Source: Leucoraja erinacea
Lineage: Eukaryota
Reading direction: 5' to 3'
DNA length: 64,000 nucleotides
Assembly: GCF_028641065.1 (NCBI RefSeq)
Contig: NC_073380.1
Location: forward strand, 70,370,001 to 70,434,000
This document shows positions 50,573 to 62,169 of this stretch, one piece after another. The position numbers and the translations under genes were made by a program. Numbering within the stretch: position 1 is the stretch's first letter; each line of letters begins with the position of its first letter. The notes below the pieces were generated by a model that was not told the origin of the DNA, searched no databases, and saw only the letters and a program-made list of their open reading frames with translations.

Positions 50573-51526
50573 GACACAAGTAAATCCTATCAATCCATTT
50601 TTCTCCAGTTGGGAGAGGCAAGTGGATTGCAGGCTTGGATGGACAGATGAGGGGATTGGACAAAGTAGCTGGTAAACACATTTAGAAAACCAACAGCCAA
50701 CTCTACAATGTTATTTGGGATCCAGCCAAAAGGCACATTATAGCAAGATACACATCTCAGGAGAAATAGAATGGACCCATTAGAGGCTGAGAAGAAGCTT
50801 TCCATTATTGTTTGAAAACACTTCAAGTCCATTACTGGAGTTGAGTAGTTATTTCTGTGATAAAATTGATGGAATGACTCGGTCTCGTGATTTTGAACAC
50901 AGGGCTGAATTTTGTTTTTTACTTTGGTTTATAGTATTTAAAAAAAAACCCAAATTGGCATGCTCATGAAACCGAATGCTATTCTCCACAGAAAATACAT
51001 TCAAAAGCCCTGCAAAGAAAGAGGCATGATAAATGAAAGGTAACATTTTCACTGAAATTAGTGTGTGCGAGTGAGTGCATTGAAACACCTGTACAAGTTT
51101 GGAAAGATAATGTCCGTGTAGTTATGGAGTTAGATTCTTTGGATCTCACAGTGTAACTCTGTTTCAGTGTGCAGTGGCATTGGATCTCACTTCAGTGGTC
51201 ACCTTATAAACAGACTTCCCATTTGTGCAGTTCATTGAGAATTTATCAGGCAGGGGTGGAGGTGTGAGCATGCACATGAAACTTTTGAAGGTGCCATGAG
51301 TGGTTGATAAAGCAATTTAAATCAGGAAAGACACACTACTTTAACTGTTGCTCAGTTCAGAAACTATATGAAAAATACTAAGGGTCCCAATAATTTGTGG
51401 ATTCATTGACAGGTCATCGATTGGTGGCCATTCAATGGAGAAGCTGATAGAAACATTATGCTTTTCTCTTTCTAGACAAGGTGGTTGAGAGAGACATTAA
51501 CGGAACTGTTCAAAATCACAAAGATT

Positions 51527-51675
51527 CAAGGTAGACACATAATGCTGGAGTAAGCATCTCTGGATAGAAGGAATGGATGACGTTTCAGGTCGAGACCCTT
51601 CTTCAGACTGAGAGTCAGGGGAGAGGGAGACATAAAGATATGGAAGGGTAAGGTATTGAAAACGAGAGAGCTTTG
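51527..51675 (-). mobile_element. Penelope terminal unit with intact hammerhead core (~51575-51610)
   Basis: Reverse complement cagt CTGAAGA A GGGTC TC GACCT GAAAC GTC atcc. Confidence 0.75.
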
Positions 51676-52459
51676 TCCTACATAAGACTCGGGGCAGTGT
51701 GGGAGAGCAGAAACTGCCCTCAAAAGGCGAAAGGGATCAACACTTGATTGAGGGCCAGAGTGATGTAGAAAAAGTTGTGAGCAGTCATGTTCTAGAATTC
51801 AGTGAATGTGTGATGAAACCAGATTCAATTGCCAACTTTAAAAGAGAATTGGATAGGTATCAGGGAGAAAATCCAATGGAAGAGTGGATAGATGGCTGGA
51901 GGAAAAGGAAAACTAGATAAATACAAAATATTGTTTGTATTGTTTTCTTCTGCGTAACTTCACAGATAACAAATTAAACTATTGTTTCGAGCTTAAATTA
52001 ATTAAGGCAATAATATTGGCCTGTGAGAACAGGATCAAATGAAAAATATTTAGAGGCTATTTTTCCATTTTATTCTTGCTATCAAATATTAATTAGCACA
52101 ATTTTAAAGAAAACTCCTTTTGACATTAATCATTTTTTCCTGTTGATTGCAGTGATTCTTGTTATCTTTTTTTTAAAGCTAAAATCATTCCACACTGATC
52201 AAATTTAATTCAAATTTTATTTGAGAAATTACTCACTTTGCAACCAAAGATAAATAGGTGGTTAGAATTATAAATCGTTGCAGTCTCCTTCGAAACAGAT
52301 TTGAGTCTAACATGACCTTTGAATTCCCTGGAAGTGATAACGCAATTGTAGACTTGATGGGCCGGATGGCCTAATTCTGCTCCTCTCACATGAATTTATT
52401 ACCAATTTGTATACATCCAGTTTGAGTACATACTGCAGTTCCAAATCATACTAAGGACA

Positions 52460-53105
52460 AGTGATAAGATGGTCAAAAAGGCTTTTGGCACATTGGCCTT
52501 CATCAGTCAGAGTATTGAGTATAGAAGTTGGGATGTCATGTTGCAGTTATACAAGACGTTAGTGAGACCACATTTAGAGTATTGTGTGCAGTTCTGGGCA
52601 CCATGTTATAGGAAATATATTATCAAGCTTGAAAGAGTTCAGAGAAGATTTACGAGGATGTTGCCAGGACTAGAGGGTCTGAGCTATAGGGAGAGGTTGA
52701 GTAAGCTGGGACTTTATTCCTTGGAGTGCAGGTGAATGAGGGGTGATCTTATAGAGGTGTATAAAATCATGAGAGGAATAGATCGGGTAGATGCACTGAA
52801 TGCACTGAATCTCTTGCCCAGTGTAGGGGGATCGAGGACCAGAGGACATGGGTTCAAGGTGAAGGGGAAAGGATTTAATAGGAATCTGAGGGGTAACCTT
52901 TTCACACAAAGGGTGGTGGGTGTATGGAACAAGCTGCCAGAAGAGGTAGTTGAGGCTGGGACTATCCCAACATTTGAGAAACAGTTAGACAGGTACACAG
53001 ATAAGACAAGTTTGGAGTGATATCGATCAAGCACAGGCAGGTGAAACTAGTGTAGTTGGCCTGTGTGGGCAAGTTGGGCTGAAAGGCCTGTTTCCACACT
53101 GTATC
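52460..53105 (+). mobile_element. 5'-truncated CR1 LINE (second subfamily, tail shared with HE1)
   Basis: LYKTLVRPHLEYCVQFWAP, RTRGHGFKVKG, VGVWNKLP; tail gggctgaaaggcctgtttccacactgtatc. Confidence 0.92.
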
Positions 53106-53220
53106 AATCTTTGACTCTTTGACTCTCGATGACAGTTTATTAGACCCATGTGCCAAAATATTGGGAGTTTCTGAAATAAAATGTTTCATTGAATTACAAA
53201 CAATAAACAAGGTGGCTCAC

Positions 53221-53723
53221 CTCTGTGTTTTCATCCAGCTGCTTTATCGGAAGTGGTGGAGGATCATCTTCAATAATCAATCTCTGCTCTGTGGAAATAC
53301 TGCGATTCATTTTCACATTGCTTACTGTTGCATATGCTGCAGCCCCATCAGCAAGCTCGTGATTGTGATCGAGTGCCGGGATATCCAAATCCGTGTTGTC
53401 TGCCTGACCATATATTTCATTGGCCACACTGCCGGATTCCTCTTTCAGCTCTTTCACAGTTTCATAGAGAGAGTCTTCGATGATTATGTCCTGAGATGAG
53501 CTGTCCTTTAGCACTTCATAGGTGTTACACACTCCATGCAAGATCTTGACTTCATTCACCTCCGCAGGTTCTGTGCTCAGCAATGAATCATTGCCGGGTA
53601 TTTGAGGCAGTTCTCTACTCTGTGGACATTTTGATGATTTACTCTGTGTATCTTGTTGGTCTGGTTCAACTGGAAGCAATGCATCTTCAGAGGAATTAAT
53701 AATTGTGCTCCGATCTGAAAGAA
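53221..53723 (-). CDS. PAG1: PAG1-like coding exon 4 (503 bp; Tyr motifs YEVL, YETV, YATV; Pro-rich motifs)
   Basis: ORF 53194..53751 contains KCPQSRELPQIP, YEVLKDSSSQD, EDSLYETVKELKE and PPPLPIKQLDEN, which are hallmark PAG1 motifs. Acceptor ctttcatAG at 53725-53724, donor GTGAGC at 53220. Confidence 0.93.
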
Positions 53724-54090
53724 CTATGAAAGTGAAATCATAGAGCAACATGTCTCATTGCAAAACCATTGTTACACTTTTCTTCTCCAAATGCAAAATA
53801 ATCTGATAGTCAACAAACCTGCCAGATTGATGGGAATGAACAATAAATAATCCTTACATGAAAAAAAAACTTTAATATTGAAGAATGACAAGGATAAAAG
53901 AATCAATGATTAAAACAGGATGAGATGTTGATGATTTCCACACATGGAGCAGTTATCCACTTAGAAACTGTTGAGAATCTCCTCACTACAAACCACTTCA
54001 GTAAAAATATTCCAATATGCCCCTGTGTATTTATCATTTCTTCTTCTAACTGATGTTACTTTAGATTGTACATGCTAATTGTAACCTTAC

Positions 54091-54181
54091 CATCTCCATT
54101 TGTAAGGCTCTCGGTGTGGCCATTTGCTGGTAGCTCATTTCTGGAGCTCAATGGGAAACTGTTGGTCTCCTTATCTGAAAG
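54091..54181 (-). CDS. PAG1: PAG1-like coding exon 3 (91 bp)
   Basis: tatttttcAG|LSDKETNSFPLSSRNELPANGHTESLTNGD|GTAAGG, similar to human PSDKEMFS...NGALTNGD. Phase 0 to 1. Confidence 0.88.
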
Positions 54182-54250
54182 CTGAAAAATATTTTCCCAA
54201 TCATTGTTGGTGATAAATGCATTAGTACTCTTTTAAAATGAGACTGCTTT

Positions 54251-54370
54251 AAGGCAGGTACGGGATACTGAGTTGGATGATCAGCCATGATCATATTGAA
54301 TGGCGGTGCAGGCTCGAAGGGCCAAATGGCCTACTCCTGCACCTAATTTCTATGTTTCTATGTTTCTATG
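54251..54370 (+). mobile_element. Young CR1 extreme 3' end, ~70 bp from the exon-3 acceptor
   Basis: Near-identical to the reverse complement of 4226-4345, with (TTTCTATG)3. Confidence 0.9.
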
Positions 54371-55862
54371 CTTCACATGAACAAAATTAAACAAATTCCA
54401 CTTTCCCTTAAAAGATTTAATATTCAAGTGTTTTCAGGCTGCCCTAAGGAAAAAGCAACTTGCACTTCATAAATATACCTGGCTAACTTCCAGATAAGGG
54501 ATGCATTCTTGAACAATTTTGGGTCATATAAATAAAATTATACTGCTTTGTGGTACAGTCAACAAATCAAATTTTACAAGTTTGCATTGCACCAAAAGGA
54601 CATAACCCTGGAAATTCATCATAGGCCGGAAGGTCAGGTGAATCTGGCAATGTGCACAGATCAGCGACTAGCTTGGAGACAAGCCTTTCATTAAAAGCAG
54701 TGTTACACCAGTGCTCCAAGGCGATGGATACCACTAAATGATCACAAGGGGAGTTTGTAAAAGTGTTCAGGGTTCAGATTGTTAGACGCGGATGTGGATT
54801 TTAGGAGTGGTGAGGGGAATGTCATGCCAGAGGATCAGGTTCAGGAAGAATCGTAGAGAGTGGCAACCAGATATCTTGTATAGCAAATAATGGGGGCCAA
54901 TCCTATAAAAAAAAATAATGGGTATTAGTTCGAATTATATTCTCAGTGGACTGGTTCAGGTTGCCTTCCTTTAAGTTTCAGAGTGCTGTTGAAAGATTGT
55001 ACTGAAAATGCCAAATTACATGCATGATCTGTACAAGTAATACACAAGAACTCTATGTTGAGTTCACAACTGATGCCACAACCTGCATCTGCACAAAATG
55101 CCATTCACGAACTGCAAGGCTGAATTTGAGGAATTGTACGATTCAAGTCAAAAGTCCAGAGTGTTTTATTGTCATATGTCTACCTGGAATTGACTGTTGG
55201 AGCAGTGAAAGCGAATAAAACAACAATCCCATTTTCACATATGTAATGCTGACAGACTAAAAAGCCTTCTAAAATGTTTCATTCACAGATTCGTCTAGAA
55301 GGTAACTAATCATTTTGGAAATAAAATTAAACTTGCAGTATACCGATCCAAATGCCAAGATATAGAACTTTGCTGAACTCCATTGACAATTTAAAAATTA
55401 CAGATTTACAACGTAAAGGCAAGAGTTGGAAATGCCATAAAAATGTGGATTGGATGATTAATAATTTTGTTTACTTTTTTATGTTTAACGATTGGCTCAA
55501 GAGATTGGACGTTGCCATAAAGATTAGAACAATGTGTGCCAGCAAGATTAATTAAAAATAGAAAATGAATATAATTTATCATTAAAAGTCAACATTTAAT
55601 CATGTGGGTTTAGATTTAAATTGATGAAAAGATGCACAATAAACAGTAACCAGGCAGAGCAGAATCAATAAAATGGAGAAGCAAGGTTGATGTGGGGGAG
55701 GGAGGGTTGAAAGAGATAGCACACCAAACAGAGTGAATGGACTGAATGGGCTTTGTTCCAAACACGAGAACAAAAAGATTAAATTTGAGATATTGGGGAC
55801 ATGGATAAAAAGGGAAAGACATGAATGCATCAACAGAATACTGAGGGTTGTGATACACTTAC

Positions 55863-55896
55863 CACACTCATTAAATGCACATCATCCTCTGGGGGC
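55863..55896 (-). CDS. PAG1: PAG1-like coding exon 2 (34 bp)
   Basis: tttctacttacAG|g ccc cca gag gat gat gtg cat tta atg agt gtg|GTAAGT = (R)PPEDDVHLMSV, similar to human HSGDHENLMNV. Phase 2 to 0 fits the neighbouring exons. Confidence 0.85.
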
Positions 55897-56129
55897 CTGT
55901 AAGTAGAAAGGCAAATTCATCATTACAGCTTTAAAAATGTTTTTTTTAAAACACATTTGATGAGTTTCCTTTGCCCAGTTATGGAAGTGAAAAGTGCATT
56001 GTGATGAAACTTGTTTCAATGCTCCACGATCCAGCTCAATAATCAATACAAACGACCAAAATGGTTCAGTTAAAAACATAATCTCAAAATTCCCTTTACA
56101 AACAGGGATTATGGCTTGAAAGAAATTCT

Positions 56130-57050
56130 TTAGGTAATGGGGGATCCTCTCTTTCATCATAAATGAGGCCCTCGCACGTCTCCTCGGTATTCCGCAGCTC
56201 CCTCTGCCAAGTCGCAACAGAGACAGTCCCCCTAGTCCTCCCATATCAAGCATTACATACAGCACATAATCTCCTGACATTTCCGCCACCTGATCCCACC
56301 ACTAGTCACATCTTCCCATCTCTATACTTTCCGCAGAGACTGTTTCCTCCGCATCCCTTTTCATCCCTGCTCACCCAAACCACCCCCTCCCCAGGTACCT
56401 TGTGCTGCTACCGCAGGAGATGCATCACCTGTCCCTATATCTCCATCCAGAGACCCTGACAGCCCTTTCAGGTGAAGCAGAGCTTGCACCTCCTCCAACC
56501 TCTTCTACTGTAATCGCTGTTCCAAGTGTGGACTCCTATATATTGGCGAGACCAAGCGTAGACTGGGCAATCATTTCACTGAACAGTCCACCTTGGCATC
56601 GGTGATCTCCTGGTTGCAAAACACTAACTCCCCTTCCCATACTGACCTTTGTGTCCTGGGCCTTCTCCATTGTCAGAGTGAGGCAGCTTACAGCCCAGCA
56701 GTATGAATATTGATTTCTCAAATTTTAAGTAACCCATGCTTCCCCTCTATCTCCGTCTCTCCCCAACGCTAGTCGTCGTACTAGTTTCACTGTTTTCCTG
56801 ATCAGTTTCACTGCCTGTATAACTCGTTATCACCTACCTCACAGCCAACAGTAGACCATTGTGGGCTGCACCTTTCCTCGATCATCGTTAGTTTTTGCAT
56901 AATTTTAATTCATTCATCCTATCTTTCTTCTGTACCTCCCGTGTCCCTTTCCCCTGACTGTATGAAGAAGGGCCTCAACCCGAAACGTCACCTATTCTTT
57001 TCTCCTGAGATGCTGTCTGACCGGCTGTGTTACTCCAGCTTTTTGTGCCC
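56130..57050 (+). mobile_element. Penelope-like retroelement 3' part: GIY-YIG endonuclease remnant and terminal repeat
   Basis: RCSKCGLLYIGETKRRLGNHFTEQ at 56515-56586; terminal unit tgaagaagggcctcaacccgaaacgtcacc at ~56962-56992. Confidence 0.85.
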
Positions 57051-58129
57051 ATAATCTTTCCTTCTCTGCAAGACGATTACAATGAGGTCGACTCAATTTA
57101 AATGGATCACAAGATTACTAACTTCAGGTTCGGTCACGATGGACAGCACTTATAATCCAGAAACATTTGTTGAACTGCTGGACTTTATTTCACCTTCGGT
57201 CAGGCAAAGTGTTGGGACAACACAATTGCACATAAGCCCCCACACCCCTCTGTCGCCTGGGTGATGAGAGAAGGAAAACAAAGCTCTGAAGTTCCTATTA
57301 CTTTCCAAACAAACCGTTCATTATAGTAGAGAGAAAATATTGATTCTGTGTTATTTCTAACATCACATCAGTTCATTACTCAAAGGAAGTGTAGATCTTA
57401 ATAGGGCAATAAATCATACAAGAAAGGTGGAGGGAGAGAAGGGCAATCTAATCCCTCTTCATTGGCATGTGCATTGTTAAATCTTTTTAAGGACACTATA
57501 CCACTGGTTTTATAGGATTTCTATTTTAACTGGTCATTCTTGGTTCTTGGGAAATTCATCGGGTAAAATGAATGTAGCCTGATTCAATATGCAAGGACCT
57601 TTATAGCACAGCTGGAGGCATTGAGAATAGCTGTACTTTCCTGCTGCTCACATTCCATTCTAACCTACATAATTCCCCCCAAAACAGCATCCACTGGGAT
57701 CAATGGGCATCCCATGATTTCCAATGCAGCACCTTCCCCATCGTATTATTCCTGTGCTTCTGACCTCTTAACTACACTCTTCTCATCCCCACAATATCCA
57801 TTCCCAAGATTGGTTAAATCTGCATCCTTTTCTGGAACTTTGGATCTCATCGAGAGCAGACAGCATCAGAAACTATTGCAACAAGTGATGGCTCCCACTG
57901 ATTGTCGCCGGAAGCTTGCATCCTTTTCAGGACGGACGATGACAGCGATGTCAACATTTGAAACATGGAATATTGACACGAATGAAGAAGACCCATTGAA
58001 CACACCCATCGACGTCATGGAACCTGCAACTCTGCACACTGTCTTCGGGGCCCAACCGAAAGTAGCCACTTACCTAAAATAGTTTGGGAAAAGCACTGGT
58101 CCACAGATAAGACAGTGATTTCAAGCCCT

Positions 58130-60985
58130 TGTCTCCCACTTCTCCTCACCCCATCCCATCCCCCCTCTTCTCCCCAATGTACTCCTGGCAAAACCAAATC
58201 ATTGAAAACAAGATGAATAAACTTAAAATGAGTCTCACCTTCTTTAGGGAACTGAGAGACTGTTGTGTGCTCTGCTTCACAGAGACATGGCTCACACCTG
58301 CTTCATCTGTCTGTGTCATGCAACTCAAAGGCTTCTCACTTCATCTGTTGGACTGTACACCATCATGGGGCAAGGTTAGCGGCTGTTTCCTAGTCAAGTC
58401 ATTGGGCTGGTCAGAAACCACAGTGTAAAGCTTGCCAGAAACTAAGCTTGCCCTGGATGAACTGCTGTGACCAAGAGCCTTGAAACAAAGCACCCCAGGG
58501 CTGCTTTCATAATAGGTGGAGCCTTCCACCAGGCCAACCTCAGGATTGTGTACCAAGATACTGTCAGCTCATCTTCCGTCCCACCAAATGTCCAAACACC
58601 CTCAACCACAGCTATACAACAATCAAAGATACTTCTAGCATGAAATCCTTCACAATTGGTTTTGAGTTGGTGGACATGTTCCTTTACAAAAACTCTGAAG
58701 CCAATCTAAATGAGAACGCCACTGACATCACACACCTCATCAGCAAGTCAATAAAGGAATGCCAATAAAGTCAATATGATTCTTCTCCAAACGGTAACCA
58801 TGGACGAACCACGTCCATTCCCAGGTGAAGTCCAAGTCTGAAGAAGGGTTCCCAACCAAAATGTCATCTGTGCCTTCCCTCCACAGATGCTGCCTGGCCT
58901 GCTGGGTTCCTCCAATAGTTTGTGTTTTGCTCCAGATTCCTGCATCCACATTTCTTGTGTCTCCGAGGTCTATGTCTGCAGTGTTCAAGTCGATTGATCC
59001 CAAATTATGATCTCCGCAAAGCCGTCAAGGTTGGCGAGAGGGAGCTCTGGACAAAGCTAGATTCCCAGGATAACCACATGGACTACCATCAATTGTGGCA
59101 AGGTTTTCACAGCATAACGGTGACAAAGTGAAGCAGTATCACCGACAACTCAATGCATTCTATGCTCGCATTGAACAGAAGGTCACTGCAATGAAACAAC
59201 CTGCCCAGAGACCCCGTGGTGCACATAAACCCATGGTCACTGGTGTCAGACCAGCCTTCCTGAAAGTGAACCCAAGATAACAACTGGACTGGATGAAGTC
59301 CCAGGACCTGCTCAGACCATATTCACAGACATGGTTAACCTCTTCCTAATTTATTCTGAGTTCCTACCTGCTTTAAGAACACCACTATCAACCTGACACC
59401 AATGAAGAGCAAGGTTGTGGCCTTAATGACCACTGTCAGAGGCTCTGACGTCCACTATCATAAAATGCTTTGAGAGGCCGGTGTGACACAAACTCCCGCC
59501 TTCCAGAAAGCTTCTTCCACTGCCTTTTGCCTACTGTTGGAACAGGTCCATGGCAGACGTCATCTCTCTAGTCCTGCGCTCATTGCTGGAACATATAGAT
59601 AACATATAGACAGACATCTGCAGTAGACTATAGATTGCTTGTAGCTATGCCGTCAACATCATATTGCCAAGAAAATGCATCTCCCCAACCTCTCAGACAT
59701 AGTAGACAGTACCTCCCTCTTCCACTAGATCCTTGACTTCCTGTTCGAAAGAAAACTACAACCAGTACGAATTTCCAAAAAAATGTCCTCCACAATAATT
59801 CTCAACACATACAGATGCATTCAGCCCCTTATACACTCAGCACTATGCAGCCAAATTCTGATCTATTTCATTTCAAGCTTGCAGGTGACATAATTATAGT
59901 GGGCCAGATAGCAAACAATGGTGAGATACTACAGGAAAGAGAGTGTGTTTAGTAACATGGTGTCAAGATAACAACCTGCCCATCAATGTCAGCAAGGAGC
60001 TAATTATTGACTTCATCGTCAATGGTACTAAAGTGGAGATGGTGGGTAGCTTCAAGTTCCGAAGGATAAATATCACCAGCAACATGTCCTGGACCTAGCA
60101 CATTGAAGCTATGGCGAAGAAGACACATCGGAACCTCTACTTCCTCAGAAAACAAAAGGAAGCTCAGCATGTCCACACTGACACCTACCAATTTCTGCAG
60201 ATGCACCATAAAAATCATACTATCAGAAAGCATCACAGCTTGGTTTGGAATATCTCTGCCCAAGCCCACAAGAAATCACACTCATGGATGTATCCCAGTC
60301 CATCACACAGACCAGCCTCCCCACCATTGATCACATCTACATTTCTCGCAGCCTTGGGAAAGCAGCCAACAAATGAAGGACCTTTTTCACATCAGTCATT
60401 CCCAACTCTCCGAAGATAGACAGGGAATGCTGGAGTAATTCAGCAGGACAGGCAGCATCTCAGTAGAGAAGGAATGGGTGACGTTTCGGTAGAGACCTTT
60501 CTTCAGACCGAAGAAGGGTCTCAACCCGAAACGCTACTCATTCTTTCTCTTCACAGATGCTGCCTGTTCCACTGAGTTATTCCAGCATTTTGTGTCTATC
60601 GTCAGTTTAAATCAGCATCTGCAGTTCCTTCCTACACATTCCCTCTCCAGTCAGGCAGAGGATACAAAAGCTTAAAAGTTTGTATCACCAAATACCGGAA
60701 CTATTTCTTCCTTGCTGTCATCAGATTACTGAATGGTCCTCCCATAAACTAGGCTGCAGTCCCGAACTTTCAACCTGCCTCATTGCAGATCTTTCTCCGC
60801 AACTGTAAAACTATTGCTTTAATATTACATTCTACACTCTGGTATTTTTCTCTTTGCACTGCCTGTTGTAATTGTGTGCAGCTTGATTGTACTCTTGCAG
60901 AGCATAATTCGATTTGACTGGATCACAAGCAAACAAAAGCTTTTCACTGTGTCTCAGTCCATGTGACAATAATAAACCAATACTA
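58130..60985 (+). mobile_element. Degenerate long Rex1-like LINE with two Penelope-unit insertions (58836-58965, 60413-60638)
   Basis: RELRDCCVLCFTETWL, QLNAFYARIEQ, NFCRCTIKIILSESITAWFG; tail aaaagcttttcactgt...tgtgacaataataaacc. Confidence 0.8.
60477..60509 (-). ncRNA. Minimal hammerhead ribozyme motif in an inverted Penelope-unit pair (60413-60638)
   Basis: GGU CUGAAGA AA GGU CUCU ACC GAAAC GUC|ACC; stem I GGU/ACC is perfect. Confidence 0.65.
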
Positions 60986-61907
60986 GACTGTGTTTGTTTC
61001 ATGCAAATAAGCGCCATGATAGGGAAATTGCATTTGTTCCACGAAAGAAAGTAGGATTTAGAGAAGATTACCAAATGAATATTCAAATGAGTGGATTTTG
61101 GCTACTGTATATATAATTGGATTATTCATTTTTACTTCTATGTAATATAATACCAAATATATTTAAAAATACTGGTGCCGGCACATTTAAGCAATGGAAA
61201 TGTCTTGCCAAACGCTGGACCTTGAATAGAAGCTCAAAAGATTTCTGTCAACATGAATATTTATTGTTCAGATGGATGTTTAGACCATCACTACGTAGGC
61301 CCCTCTCGGTCATGATTGACCATGGGTGATGCATCCTAGTTGTTGGCTGCTTGCTCCAAACCTCGGGTAGACCATCACTAGTCATTCAATAATAAGAGCG
61401 AGTTGTCAAATTTTCATGTTTGCTTGGAAGAATTATAACCAGACTGCCATCTACTGCATGTCTGTATTGACAATCTCAAAAAGGAAAAGGTTTATCCACT
61501 TGCTGCATCCACAGCGAATTCTGTTCAGGGCAGATTTTACAAACCAAGAGATCAATAGCAAATTATTAGAAGACCGGCTTCTCCACATAAGCTCTTTAAT
61601 CTTCTGCCCATAATGTTCCAAAAACCTTACTATAAACAATGAAATCTAGGTCACTGATGGCCTCGCTACTATGAGCATTTTTAGGAGATAATTAAAATGA
61701 ATTCACTTTCTCTGGTGAATTCTCCTTTCTCTGGAGCAGGGAACAAGTTTGGAACGGTTCTGTTTCTTAATTACCACAGTGCAGTCATTAAACACTCCAA
61801 ATTTTTGCTCAGAGTTGCACAAACGTGATATTGAGAAAAAGAAAAGCTGCCGATTGGATTCTGAACTGGTGCAAACTATTTTATAAGTTAAGTTTTGTTT
61901 TTCTTAC

Positions 61908-62050
61908 CTGTCACAGATACTGCACAGAAAAAGGAAAACAGACAGGACCAAAAAGGCACAAGCTAAGGCAAGTAGACCCCAGAAAATATCTTGTCCACTG
62001 TTAATTAATCCTGGGATAGGTCCAATGACGATAACAGAGTTTGGAGCCAT
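61908..62050 (-). CDS. PAG1: PAG1/Cbp-family adaptor, coding exon 1 (short ectodomain, TM helix, CxxC palmitoylation motif); exon spans 61908-62108 including 5'UTR
   Basis: Translates MAPNSVIVIGPIPGLINSGQDIFWGLLALACAFLVLSVFLFLCSICD(R), resembling human PAG1 ...[26 protein letters not shown] (recalled). Acceptor ttcacatattgcAG at 62110-62109, donor GTAAGA at 61907, phase 2. Confidence 0.9.
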
Positions 62051-62085
62051 TAGAAAGGCAGGTGATGGTGACCACCCAATGACAT
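62050..62085 (-). promoter_or_regulatory. uORF MSLGGHHHLPF* whose TAA overlaps the main ATG (TAATG)
   Basis: Minus strand reads ATG TCA TTG GGT GGT CAC CAT CAC CTG CCT TTC TA(A TG)GCT. Confidence 0.6.
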
Positions 62086-62169
62086 CAGTGTAGTAATCTT
62101 CTTCTTACCTGCAATATGTGAAAAGCAGAAAAATTCTGATTAATAAATTTGTGCAATTTAAATAAGACA

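Noticed and set aside
57621-58082. 153-aa plus-strand ORF in an intron
   Set aside because: Non-ATG start, no recognisable domain or splice signals; it lies just upstream of a degenerate Rex1 copy.
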